A DNA stretch of 64,000 bases from Spirochaetales bacterium (GTDB lineage: Bacteria; Spirochaetota; JAAYUW01), in contig JAAZOT010000053.1 in NCBI GenBank assembly GCA_012797605.1, positions 280 to 64,279 of the forward strand, given 5' to 3'. Position 1 is the first letter of the stretch, and every line of letters begins with the position of its first letter. A program made the translations under genes and the position numbers. The notes under the pieces are model-generated. The model searched no databases. It was not told the origin of the DNA and saw only the letters and a program-made list of their open reading frames with translations. Positions 10,215-19,502 of the stretch are shown in pieces.

Positions 10215-11072
10215 CTAATTCAAACTTTCTTCAAGTTTTTTTAATCTTTCATAGACAATTAAGTCTATCTTATTTTTTTCTTCCTCATTTAAAAGAGATG
10301 TATCAATTGGTGAAAGGAAATAGACCTTTATATTAATATTCTTATGCACATGCATATCTCCAGGTTTAATTATTGATGGAGCATTGTAAATATAGATTGG
10401 AACTATTTTAACTTTTGCAGCCGCTGCTGCTCCAAGCCCACCCCTTTTAAATTCTCTAACTTTACCATCTGGACTCATAACAGATTCTGGAAAAATTATT
10501 AATGAATTACCCTTTTTCAAGCTATTGTAAATCGATTTATATGCTGAGACTAAACCTGATCTACTTTTTTTATCCACCATAACCCCACCAAGAGATTTGA
10601 CCCAATAATTTGTTACAAAAAAAGAGGTGAATTCTTTATTTGCAATGTATGCAGCAGGATAGGGTATTGTAGCAGAAAGGATAGGAATATCAAATGGAGA
10701 AGTATGATTAGAAGCAAACATATATGTTTCTGTCGGATTTAGTTCTTTTTCAAATATAACTTCACATTTTACATTTGCTATTTTAAGGCATCTTTTACCC
10801 CATTTTCTCATTTCATTAAAACCAAATTTTTTGAAAAACTTGAAATTTTGTAGTATAAATCCAAATGGAATACTCCAACCAAGCCATAAGGTTACTAAAA
10901 GTATTCTAAAAATAATCCAGAAGTTCTTTTCTTCAAAGGCATTTTTTAAAAAGGCAATGACATCAAACCCAGCCTTTTTTATCATTGCAGAATATCTTCT
11001 CCCATCCTTTTTACTCTGATGAGTCATATTTTTTTTACTCCAAATTTTATATAATAGTGGTTGATTAGCCAA
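10215..11072 (-). CDS. plsC: 1-acyl-sn-glycerol-3-phosphate acyltransferase family protein
   Basis: NHTSPFD (HX4D) catalytic motif; block III reads FPESVMS rather than FPEGTRS; FKRGG and IVPI. TTG start is uncertain. Confidence 0.8.
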   Translation of the reverse strand: MANQPLLYKIWSKKNMTHQSKKDGRRYSAMIKKAGFDVIAFLKNAFEEKNFWIIFRILLVTLWLGWSIPFGFILQNFKFFKKFGFNEMRKWGKRCLKIANVKCEVIFEKELNPTETYMFASNHTSPFDIPILSATIPYPAAYIANKEFTSFFVTNYWVKSLGGVMVDKKSRSGLVSAYKSIYNSLKKGNSLIIFPESVMSPDGKVREFKRGGLGAAAAAKVKIVPIYIYNAPSIIKPGDMHVHKNINIKVYFLSPIDTSLLNEEEKNKIDLIVYERLKKLEESLN

Positions 11073-11114
11073 TTAAATAAAATTTTCTTTTTTTTTCAAC
11101 ATATTCAAATCTTT

Positions 11115-11147
11115 ATTGATAAATTAGTTATTGACAAATTAGATATT
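11115..11147 (+). promoter_or_regulatory. 15-bp tandem direct repeat containing a TTGACA hexamer, upstream of the ABC-2 operon
   Basis: ATTGATAAATTAGTT-ATTGACAAATTAGAT-ATT; TTGACA at 11131-11136. Confidence 0.4.
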
Positions 11148-11191
11148 CTGGATGATTCTTTATTTAGAAAAAAATTTACTTTGGAGCATAT

Positions 11192-11905
11192 ATGGCTATC
11201 TTAGCACTAAAAGTTGATAATCTATCCATTAGATCAGGGAAAAAAGACTTGGTTTCTATGTTATCTTTTTCTATTGAAAAACAAAGCATATATGGGATTT
11301 TTGCTCCAACTGGATCTGGAAAAACAGATATTTTAAAGGCAATAATAGGACTTAAGAAAGTAAAAAATGGGGAAATCAATCTTTTAGATAAAAAAATGCC
11401 AGATTTTTCAATACTAAGATTTGTTGGGTATATCCCTAAACAAAGAAAAATATTCCCTTTATTAACTATCGAAGAGAATCTTTATTTTTTTGGAAGAAAT
11501 TATGGAATGACAAAAGGTCAAATAGAATGGAAATCAGAAGAGCTTTTGAGTATTACAAATCTTAAAAATTTAAAGAAAACAAAAATTAAGGATTTAAGTT
11601 TTGACCAGCAAGTTATGGCTTCCTTTATATGTTCTTTAGTCCATTGCCCATCTTTTTTGATTCTTGATGATCCATTGAGTGGAATGTCTCTACCATTATC
11701 TCAATTTATTATTCAACAGATATATTATCAAAAAGAGCAAGGCAATACTGTACTATTTACATCTTCAAATATAAATGATGCTAACATTTGCGATAAGATA
11801 CTTATTTTATCACGAGGAAAAGAATTAATTGAGGAAAAACCTTCAGCTATATTGAGACTTACTAATTCTAAAACTCTTGATGAAGCAATACTTAGACTTC
11901 AATAA
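11192..11905 (+). CDS. ABC-2-type ATP-binding subunit with degenerate motifs
   Basis: CcmA/NodI-like NBD layout, but APTGSGKT, YIPKQ, LSFDQ, LILDDP and FTSSN replace the canonical motifs. Confidence 0.8.
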   Translation: MAILALKVDNLSIRSGKKDLVSMLSFSIEKQSIYGIFAPTGSGKTDILKAIIGLKKVKNGEINLLDKKMPDFSILRFVGYIPKQRKIFPLLTIEENLYFFGRNYGMTKGQIEWKSEELLSITNLKNLKKTKIKDLSFDQQVMASFICSLVHCPSFLILDDPLSGMSLPLSQFIIQQIYYQKEQGNTVLFTSSNINDANICDKILILSRGKELIEEKPSAILRLTNSKTLDEAILRLQ

Positions 11906-11974
11906 TAACTTTATAAGTAGGAAAAAAATTAAAATATCTAGAATATAGTAAAGCTTAAATTAAGAAGGGTTGAT

Positions 11975-13108
11975 ATGAGATGGTATAAAATTTTTGGAAT
12001 TACTAAAAGAATATTGATAAGCTTTTTTAAAGATCCAAAATTGCTTATAATAGCAATATTAGCTCCACTAATATTGATTTTAGTTTTTTCTGTTACATAT
12101 AGACCAGAGATTGGTGATATAAAAATAGCAATAGTCGATCTTGAGAAAAGTCATTCAAAGCAGCTTAATATTGTAGATTCAATAGAAAAACTATTAAAAG
12201 AAAACATTAAGAAAGTCAATATCGTAAAATACGATTCAATTGAGAATGCAAAAGATGCTTTTAAGAAAAATAAAATTGACAGTATTATAGTATTTCCAGA
12301 AAAACTTGATGAAACTGTATTTATAAAACTTTCGGGTATACCCATTGAAAAACCAGCAGAAGTGATATTATACAATGATGAGACAGATAAATTAAAATCT
12401 TCAATTATATCAGAAGGACTTGAGAAAAGTATCATAATTCTTTCACAATCATTTGGGATAGAACCAGCCTTTGTAGTATCGAAAGGGTTATTTTTTAATA
12501 GAGATATAAGCAATCAAGACTTCTGGAATTCTGCTATTATAAGTTTTTCTATTTTTATGCTTTCTCTCTTATTCTCCCTTTCTCTCATTTCATCTGAAAA
12601 AGTAGATGGGCTTTTGCAGAGTATTATTAGCAGTTCAATGACATCTTTCGAAATACTAACTGGGTATTTTATTGGGTACCTTTTTATAAACTTTATTCAA
12701 ATAGTCATTTTACTATCTGTCTACATCTTCTTTTTCAAAGGAATTCTTTCAATCTCAATTTTTCTTGTTTTTATTTTTATGTTTTTACTTTCTATCTGTG
12801 GAAATCTATTAGGAATCTTGCTTAGTAGTACATATACAAGTACTGTTAGAAGTTTTCAAATAGCAGTAATAATTATGCTAATATCTTTATTAATCTCTGG
12901 AATTTTTTGGCCAACCTCTTCTCTTCCATTTGTAGGTAAAATATTATCTTATTTATTTCCTACTTCTTTTGCTATTGAAGCAGTAAGAGGAATAATTACA
13001 AAAGAAAATAGTTTTTTACAAGTTTTTCCAAACTTTTTAATTTTATGCTTCTTCTGCTTCTTGTATTATTTTTTAGCCCTCTTATTTATTAGAAAAACAG
13101 TGGATTAA
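11975..13108 (+). CDS. ABC-2 type permease (YhhJ/YbhS-like)
   Basis: One N-terminal TM helix, an extracytoplasmic domain (IAIVDLE), five C-terminal TM helices, SEKVDG (the ERxxG position), SGIFWP and FPTSFAIEA. Confidence 0.88.
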   Translation: MRWYKIFGITKRILISFFKDPKLLIIAILAPLILILVFSVTYRPEIGDIKIAIVDLEKSHSKQLNIVDSIEKLLKENIKKVNIVKYDSIENAKDAFKKNKIDSIIVFPEKLDETVFIKLSGIPIEKPAEVILYNDETDKLKSSIISEGLEKSIIILSQSFGIEPAFVVSKGLFFNRDISNQDFWNSAIISFSIFMLSLLFSLSLISSEKVDGLLQSIISSSMTSFEILTGYFIGYLFINFIQIVILLSVYIFFFKGILSISIFLVFIFMFLLSICGNLLGILLSSTYTSTVRSFQIAVIIMLISLLISGIFWPTSSLPFVGKILSYLFPTSFAIEAVRGIITKENSFLQVFPNFLILCFFCFLYYFLALLFIRKTVD

Positions 13109-13120
13109 AATTGTAAATTA

Positions 13121-14212
13121 TTAAAATGCTGTTTCAAATGAAAGCTTAATTACAGAAAATATAGTTGAAAGGTTCAACAAATTAAATGTAATATCAATTC
13201 TCCATAATATTCCAGTTGATAGCAATTTAACATAACAAGATGCGTTTAAACTATAAAGATTATAGTTTCTAAGTTCTAAAGATGTGAAAAGACCTGCGAA
13301 GAAGGAGTTATATTTATCTTTATATCCAAGATCTATCCTTAATAAAATTCCAGTATTTTCTCCACCAGTCGCTAAACTTTGTCCGTTGTAGATTTCTGGT
13401 TTAGAAAAAACACTAAAAGACTCATAAAAATTTTCGATTAGAAAGTTTTGTTCAAAAAGGAGATAAAGGCTCATCAAATCATCATATGTACTTGTGTCCT
13501 CTATTCCAGTAGTTAATAAAAGACTAAATATCTTCTTTTCAAAAAAGATAGAAACAGCAGCTCTATATTTTACGAATGCTTCAGTTCCAACAAAAACTGA
13601 TATACTTAAATCTTCAAGATTTAAATCAAAGGCTATATCAAGACAATCTATTGTGGAATCACCAACTAAGGAAATAGTTGGTTGATATCCAAATAAAGAA
13701 ACAGAAAACAACCTATTTAAAAAAGTTGCTTTCAATGCAATACCATATCCAGAAATCTTATAAACACTTTCAAATGTTTTATTGGCATCCATTGAATAGT
13801 AAAAAGTATTATAAGCACCACCACTGCCTGCATTTCTAAAATCATTCATAAATAAAGAAAAATCTAAAAATCCAAAGAGATTATTTATCGTTGCATTCAA
13901 AGCCTTTAAGTAAAATGTTGGCAGTATTTGATGAGGATCTCCTTCCGTATCATTTACATTAAATATTAGAGAATCACTATAAAAAAAAGAAAAACTCAAA
14001 TTTATATTAGTCTTAAGCCCACCTTTCAAAACTAAGTCAAGATATGCAATTGGTGTACTTTGAAAGTTACTATCTATAGCAAAAATTGTTATAAAATATG
14101 GAATATCGACAGAAGCTCCCAAGATATTTGTTGAAAAAATAAAGAAACAAGAAAAGATAACAAAGATTAGCCTTAACAAAACTAATGTAGATAAACTATT
14201 TTTAGCCTTCAT
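13121..14212 (-). CDS. Hypothetical exported protein, probable outer-membrane beta-barrel
   Basis: Signal-peptide-like N-terminus, many amphipathic aromatic-rich strands and a C-terminal Phe (KLSFETAF). Confidence 0.6.
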   Translation of the reverse strand: MKAKNSLSTLVLLRLIFVIFSCFFIFSTNILGASVDIPYFITIFAIDSNFQSTPIAYLDLVLKGGLKTNINLSFSFFYSDSLIFNVNDTEGDPHQILPTFYLKALNATINNLFGFLDFSLFMNDFRNAGSGGAYNTFYYSMDANKTFESVYKISGYGIALKATFLNRLFSVSLFGYQPTISLVGDSTIDCLDIAFDLNLEDLSISVFVGTEAFVKYRAAVSIFFEKKIFSLLLTTGIEDTSTYDDLMSLYLLFEQNFLIENFYESFSVFSKPEIYNGQSLATGGENTGILLRIDLGYKDKYNSFFAGLFTSLELRNYNLYSLNASCYVKLLSTGILWRIDITFNLLNLSTIFSVIKLSFETAF

Positions 14213-14277
14213 AAACTAATACCTCTATTATTAATATAGTTCGTTTTACTAAAAATTCATTTTTTTATTTTCATTAT

Positions 14278-15330
14278 TTATTTTCGTAAATTTTGTAAAA
14301 GTTCTTCAAGTTTATAAATAGAAAGATTAAAATGATCTTTTAATATTCTTTCCCAAAAATAAGGAATAGAGGCACTAACCCTTAATCCATTAAGCTTACT
14401 AATTGATAATGGCAAATTATCATCAAATCTAATGCTATATGCTAAAAGAAGCATTTTATCAATATTATATTTTTGAGAAAATTGCTCAAACTGCTTTTTT
14501 TGACCATATTTAACATCATTTATAATTGGATGACTAGAATTTGAAAGTGTTACTCTTATTTGATGAGTTCGTCCAGTTTCGATTGTTGCTCTAACTAATG
14601 TTGCTTCTTGCGTTACTAAGATTGGTTCAATATTGGTAATTGCAGTTTTTGAAATAGAATTTAAATTATCATCATCAATTTTTACTATATTTTCTTTTTC
14701 ATCTTTATTTAGTTTTAATTCAACCCTTTTTGCGACCATTAATCTACCGCTAACAATTGCAAGATATTCTTTTTCAATCCTTCTCTTCTTAAATAGCTGG
14801 GTTAAATCTATAAAAGCATTGTAAGTTTTAGCAAAAATTACAAGTCCACTGGTATTTCTATCTATTCTATGAACAGGAGATGGCTTAAAATTTGCTAAAT
14901 TTTCTGTCATATTATCTTTTATATTATCTATTAAATTATCAAACCTGTTCTTGTCTTCAAGATATGCCCTTATAAAATTAGTAAGAACCCATTTTTTCTC
15001 TTCCTCATCTTCAATGACAACGACATCAAATGGTTTCTGAACTATCAAGGTTTGGTCATCCTCATAGGCAACTTTTAAAAAATAATCATCAAACTCATTT
15101 TTATCTTCCGCTTTAATCATAGAAGAAAATTGCTGCTCGGAAATATAAAACTGAATTATATCATTTTTATTTAACAAATACTTGGGGTCGACTTTCTTAC
15201 CATTTACTTTAATCTTTTTAAGTCTTAAAAGTTTAAATATAAGATTTCTAGAACATTTCTTAAAATAAGCTATTAAAAACCTATCTAGTCTTTTTCCACT
15301 GTAACTTTCATCTATTTCAATTATTCTCAT
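14278..15330 (-). CDS. RluA/RluC/RluD-family pseudouridine synthase with S4 domain
   Basis: GKRLDRFL S4 domain, catalytic HRIDRNTSG, KEYLAIV and TGRTHQIR. Start moved to ATG 15330 (GGAG upstream); the track start is 15354. Confidence 0.92.
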   Translation of the reverse strand: MRIIEIDESYSGKRLDRFLIAYFKKCSRNLIFKLLRLKKIKVNGKKVDPKYLLNKNDIIQFYISEQQFSSMIKAEDKNEFDDYFLKVAYEDDQTLIVQKPFDVVVIEDEEEKKWVLTNFIRAYLEDKNRFDNLIDNIKDNMTENLANFKPSPVHRIDRNTSGLVIFAKTYNAFIDLTQLFKKRRIEKEYLAIVSGRLMVAKRVELKLNKDEKENIVKIDDDNLNSISKTAITNIEPILVTQEATLVRATIETGRTHQIRVTLSNSSHPIINDVKYGQKKQFEQFSQKYNIDKMLLLAYSIRFDDNLPLSISKLNGLRVSASIPYFWERILKDHFNLSIYKLEELLQNLRK

Positions 15331-15404
15331 AATCTTTACTCCAAAAAAATACATCTATTCAAATTATAAGCAACAATCAATTTTTATTGCAATAAATTCT
15401 TTAA

Positions 15405-15497
15405 GTTTTAATATCGAATATATGGAATTTTTCTTATTAGGTGCAGCTGATAAAAAACGCATTGTATTAGTTTTAATATCGAAATAAGGAATTTTTC
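15405..15497. repeat. Two near-identical 28-29-bp direct repeats flanking a 36-bp unique spacer (CRISPR-like)
   Basis: GTTTTAATATCGAATATATGGAATTTTTC (15405-15433), a 36-nt spacer, then GTTTTAATATCGAAATAAGGAATTTTTC (15470-15497). The repeat is directly visible; CRISPR identity is unproven. Confidence 0.6.
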
Positions 15498-15591
15498 CTG
15501 ATTTCTATAAAATAAGATAATTCTATATTAAAATTAATATTAAATGAAAATTTAGTATTACACTCAGACTTAATATTATTAGGAGCAAGAT

Positions 15592-16710
15592 TTGAAAGGT
15601 TTTCTTGTATCTGTTTTCGATAGTAAAAGTTTTAATATGAACAATTCTCTTGAAATAGACGATGAGATGAGGCTTTTATCGGAAAGTGCAGGTATAGAAA
15701 TTATAAATCCAGAAAGATTTATCGTAAAATATAGAAACATTAATCCTAAAACATTTTTTACCAAAGGTAAAATTGAACAGATAAATAATTATTTACAACA
15801 AATTGATCAACAAAACCTAAAAGAAGATGAGCTTGTCATAGTCTTCAATATTGATTTTTCTCCCACACAGATTAGGAATTGTGAACAAATTTTTGAAAGA
15901 AAAATCATAACAAAGACTCAGCTTATTTACCAGATATTTTTAGAAAGAGCAAGTTCCAAACCAGCTAAAATTCAGCTTGAGCTTGCAAACTTAAAGTATA
16001 TGAAATCTAGACTGGCTGGTTCTTATGAAAATTTTGATAGAATAAGAGGAGGAATAGGATTAAAAGGACCTGGAGAAACAAAACTTGAAGTAGATAGAAG
16101 AACCATTTCAAAAAAGATAAAACAATTAGAAGAGGAATTGGAAAAAATAGAAAAGCATCTTTTATTACAAGCAAAAAATAGAGAAGATAAATTTATATTT
16201 TCTCTTGTAGGTTATACCAATGCTGGTAAAACATCCCTTTTAAATTTACTAACAAAAGCAAACCAATATTCAGATAATGCCCTTTTCACAACAGTAAATG
16301 TTAAAAGTAGACAACTATTTTTAGAAAATGGAAGAAAAATTATTGTCTCGGATACAATAGGCTTTATAAGACAATTGCCTATCCATCTTGTTGAATCTTT
16401 TAAGACAACTTTACTTGAAATAAAGTATTCTTCTTTAATAGGCATAGTTGTTGATTCAACTTCTTCTTTTTATAAGGAACATATCGAGATAGTAGAAGAT
16501 ATGTTAAATATTCTCAAATGTGAAAATATAAATAAAATAATTATATTTAATAAAATAGATCTACTATCTGAAAATCAACTTGAAAACTTTAAGTTAGCCA
16601 ATGATTTTCTTTTTAAAAACAGGGATAAAGAGGTCTTCTATATATCTACAAAAACGAAACAAGGTATAAATTTACTTTTAAATTACTTAAATTCTATTTC
16701 AAAACTTTGA
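15592..16710 (+). CDS. hflX: GTPase HflX
   Basis: IFLERA, GGIGLKGPGETKLEVDRR, G1 GYTNAGKT, G3 DTIGF and G4 NKID; TTG start after AGGAG. Confidence 0.92.
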   Translation: MKGFLVSVFDSKSFNMNNSLEIDDEMRLLSESAGIEIINPERFIVKYRNINPKTFFTKGKIEQINNYLQQIDQQNLKEDELVIVFNIDFSPTQIRNCEQIFERKIITKTQLIYQIFLERASSKPAKIQLELANLKYMKSRLAGSYENFDRIRGGIGLKGPGETKLEVDRRTISKKIKQLEEELEKIEKHLLLQAKNREDKFIFSLVGYTNAGKTSLLNLLTKANQYSDNALFTTVNVKSRQLFLENGRKIIVSDTIGFIRQLPIHLVESFKTTLLEIKYSSLIGIVVDSTSSFYKEHIEIVEDMLNILKCENINKIIIFNKIDLLSENQLENFKLANDFLFKNRDKEVFYISTKTKQGINLLLNYLNSISKL

Positions 16711-16735
16711 CTTTTGTCAATTTTTTTGCTATCAT
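16707..16735 (+). promoter_or_regulatory. Sigma70-type promoter with a palindrome over the -35 element
   Basis: TTGACT-17 nt-TATCAT; TTGAC-TTTT-GTCAA inverted repeat at 16707-16720. Confidence 0.6.
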
Positions 16736-16771
16736 CTTTTTATGATATTTGGCAAATAAAAAGGGGGATAA

Positions 16772-17728
16772 ATGAAGAATTTTCTTAAAAACTTTCCTGT
16801 ATCTATCTTTTCTATTGTTATGGGTATAGTAGGTGTAAGTCTTGCAACCGAAATGGCTCAAAATGTATTTCAAAAAAACTTATGGATAAACAGAGCTTGG
16901 TTTGGGATAGGTTTCTGTGTTTTTATAATTATCTTTTTGTTATATTTGATGAAAATGATTTTTGCTTTTAAGGAAGTAAAAGAAGAATTTTTAAATCCAA
17001 TTTCAATAAATTTTTTCTCAACAATAAGTATATCTTTTTTACTTATAGGTCAGGGTTTTAGAACTTTTTCAGGCACATTTGCTCTTATTTTAATATTCAT
17101 TGGGACATTTTTACAATTGTTATTCTCTTTTATAATAATCTCGCAGTGGATAAGACAGACAAAATATGAGATTCATCATATGAATCCATCTTGGTTTATT
17201 CCAGTTGTTGGAAATCTTTTAATTCCAGTTTTCGCTCATCAGATATTTCCAGTATATGTTGAATGGTTCTTCTTTTCAAGTGCTACCCTATTTTATATCA
17301 TCTTACTTCCAATATTGATTTATAGGCTTATATTCCATCATCCATTAGTAGATAAACTTGTCCCGACTTTACTAATTTTTATTGCCCCTGCTTCTATAGC
17401 GGCTCTTGCATATTATCAGTTAACGGGGCAAAGAAATCCAACTGTTGTTTTCTTTTACTGTAGTGCCTTTTTTTTCTTTATACTTTTATTTTTCTTAATA
17501 GATTTCTTTTTCAAAATTAAATTTGATCTTTCTTGGTGGGCATATACATTCCCATTAGCCGCTTTTTCTATTTCAACTTTATTTATGTCAGGAGTTTGGT
17601 CTTTCTTAAGATGGTTTGATATTGGACTTATAATCTTATTGAATTTAATAACACTTGGATTACTAGTGGTCACTCTAATAAAATTGATAGATGGTAAATT
17701 ATTTATAAATCAAAAAACTGGAGAATAG
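16772..17728 (+). CDS. SLAC1/TehA (TDT) family anion channel
   Basis: FSIVMG, about ten TM helices, MNPSWFIPVVG, IFIAPAS and SWWAYTFP. Confidence 0.9.
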   Translation: MKNFLKNFPVSIFSIVMGIVGVSLATEMAQNVFQKNLWINRAWFGIGFCVFIIIFLLYLMKMIFAFKEVKEEFLNPISINFFSTISISFLLIGQGFRTFSGTFALILIFIGTFLQLLFSFIIISQWIRQTKYEIHHMNPSWFIPVVGNLLIPVFAHQIFPVYVEWFFFSSATLFYIILLPILIYRLIFHHPLVDKLVPTLLIFIAPASIAALAYYQLTGQRNPTVVFFYCSAFFFFILLFFLIDFFFKIKFDLSWWAYTFPLAAFSISTLFMSGVWSFLRWFDIGLIILLNLITLGLLVVTLIKLIDGKLFINQKTGE

Positions 17729-17876
17729 AAAGATTGTATAATAAAAATCAATATGCAATCTAGTTAAATAAATTTATTATTAAATATAGTAAGAAGAACT
17801 TAGAAAATTATTTCTGTGATATTTTTTAAAATTAAGTGTTTTTATTTAATTTTTTTATATTTTATTTTCCTAAATT

Positions 17877-17913
17877 AAAAAAGGGTTGCCTTTAGTCAAG
17901 GCAACCCTTTTTT
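17877..17913. terminator. Bidirectional intrinsic terminator between convergent genes
   Basis: A6-GGGTTGCCTT-TAGTC-AAGGCAACCC-T6, a perfect 10-bp stem. Confidence 0.88.
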
Positions 17914-17915
17914 AA

Positions 17916-18587
17916 TTAATAATTAAATTCAATCTTAATAGTTGGGGTCATATCTGAGTAATATATACCTTTGTCTTTTATATATACCCCAGCAACAAAA
18001 CGAACAATTAAAGAAGCGGGTGAACCTGGTTTTATGCCCCAATGTAGGGACTTGTTTAATATTATACTTGCGACATTAACAGGTTTTGCCTCAGTTGCTA
18101 TAGACCATGGTATAAGTGTTACACCAGCTTTTTCTAGGTCTAAATTTATAGATTTTATCAATTTGCTATTTTTATCATATAGGTTAAGATACAATTCATT
18201 AGTTAAAGGCCAATACATATATATATCGAAACCATCTGACCAATATTGAACAAAGCCAAAAAATATATCGTCTTTCAAACTAATTGGTGCACTGTGATAA
18301 ATATCGAATCTCATCTTTTCTTTATCATCTGCTGCACTAACACTTATAATATCAATCTCTGGTATTTTAGGAATCTCATTATCACCAATTGCTTCGTTTA
18401 CACCAAAAAGATCGGTAAGATCTGAAAAATCAGCGTATAATACATCGGATATTGTACCAATTTGAACAAAAGGTATCTCTTTTGTTTGTTTTTTCGTTGA
18501 ATCAGTTGATCCACATGACGATGCACTGAAAAAAACAAGAATAATAATAACTAGTGACATGACCAACATAAAGGACTTTTTTTTCAT
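17916..18587 (-). CDS. Hypothetical lipoprotein
   Basis: MKKK, a hydrophobic core and the lipobox-like FFSASS-C, followed by an S/T-rich tether; AGGAG RBS. Confidence 0.8.
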   Translation of the reverse strand: MKKKSFMLVMSLVIIILVFFSASSCGSTDSTKKQTKEIPFVQIGTISDVLYADFSDLTDLFGVNEAIGDNEIPKIPEIDIISVSAADDKEKMRFDIYHSAPISLKDDIFFGFVQYWSDGFDIYMYWPLTNELYLNLYDKNSKLIKSINLDLEKAGVTLIPWSIATEAKPVNVASIILNKSLHWGIKPGSPASLIVRFVAGVYIKDKGIYYSDMTPTIKIEFNY

Positions 18588-18671
18588 AATTTTTCTCCTT
18601 TTTTTTGTTGGCCATATAACATTAAAAATAATAAGAATATTACTTAAAATGATATATAACCAATATAAATT

Positions 18672-18699
18672 ATTTTAGCACAAAAATTATGATTTGCAA
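18672..18699 (-). promoter_or_regulatory. Candidate promoter for the lipoprotein gene
   Basis: Minus strand TTGCAA-16 nt-TAAAAT with an extended -10 TG. Confidence 0.4.
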
Positions 18700-18766
18700 A
18701 TAAAAAGATGAAATAATGATACTATTTTTAATTTTTTTTTAATATTTTTTTGTATTTTAAAGAAAC

Positions 18767-19324
18767 TTATTTCAATAATTCCTTCCAATTGCCATTTTCA
18801 AATAATCTATTTTTTTCTTCGACGGCTCTTTCCATTCTTTTTTTAAAGGCTTGAATCCTTTTCAATGTTTCAGTATTACTTACCCCTAATATTGAAGCAG
18901 CAAGAATCCCTGCATTTTTAGCAGCATTTATACCGACAGTTGCTACTGGAATACCTGAAGGCATCTGTACAATTGAGAGGAGGGAATCAAGACCATGAAG
19001 CGATGAAGTCTGTATTGGAACACCAATTACTGGCAAACTTGTAATAGCAGCTATCACTCCTGGTAAATGAGCTGCACCTCCTGCTCCAGCTATTACAACT
19101 TTTATCCCTCTATTTATAAGATTTTCAGCATAATCAAAGGCTTTTTTTGGAGTCCTATGAGCAGATAAAATATTTATCTCATAGTCAATTTTAAATTCTT
19201 CCAAGATATTAGCAGCTTCTTTCATTATATGAAGATCGGAATCGCTACCCATTACTATGCTTACGATAGGCTTATTATCTAAACCATTATTCATATTTGC
19301 ATTATTTTTTTTTGTCTCTTTCAA
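18767..19324 (-). CDS. purE: N5-carboxyaminoimidazole ribonucleotide mutase
   Basis: IVMGSDSD, SAHRTP, GAGGAAHLPG, PVIGVP, SIVQMPSGIPVATV and NAGILA. GGAGG lies 5 nt before TTG 19324; the track start is 19336. Confidence 0.95.
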   Translation of the reverse strand: MKETKKNNANMNNGLDNKPIVSIVMGSDSDLHIMKEAANILEEFKIDYEINILSAHRTPKKAFDYAENLINRGIKVVIAGAGGAAHLPGVIAAITSLPVIGVPIQTSSLHGLDSLLSIVQMPSGIPVATVGINAAKNAGILAASILGVSNTETLKRIQAFKKRMERAVEEKNRLFENGNWKELLK

Positions 19325-19502
19325 ACTTACCTCCAATGTTCAATTCAATAAGCGAATTACCATATTTTTATTTTTTTTAAACCTAAAATATTCTATTTTA
19401 TTGACATTATGAAATTTTTCTTAACTCTTCATTTGAAACATTTAATTTTTGAATAATTTAATCACTTCAATAGTTAAATTATTTGAATTTCAGGAGTTAA
19501 AA

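Noticed and set aside
10215-11072. FPESVMS instead of FPEGTRS in PlsC as a sign of inactivation
   Set aside because: The catalytic HX4D is intact and block III varies across the acyltransferase superfamily.
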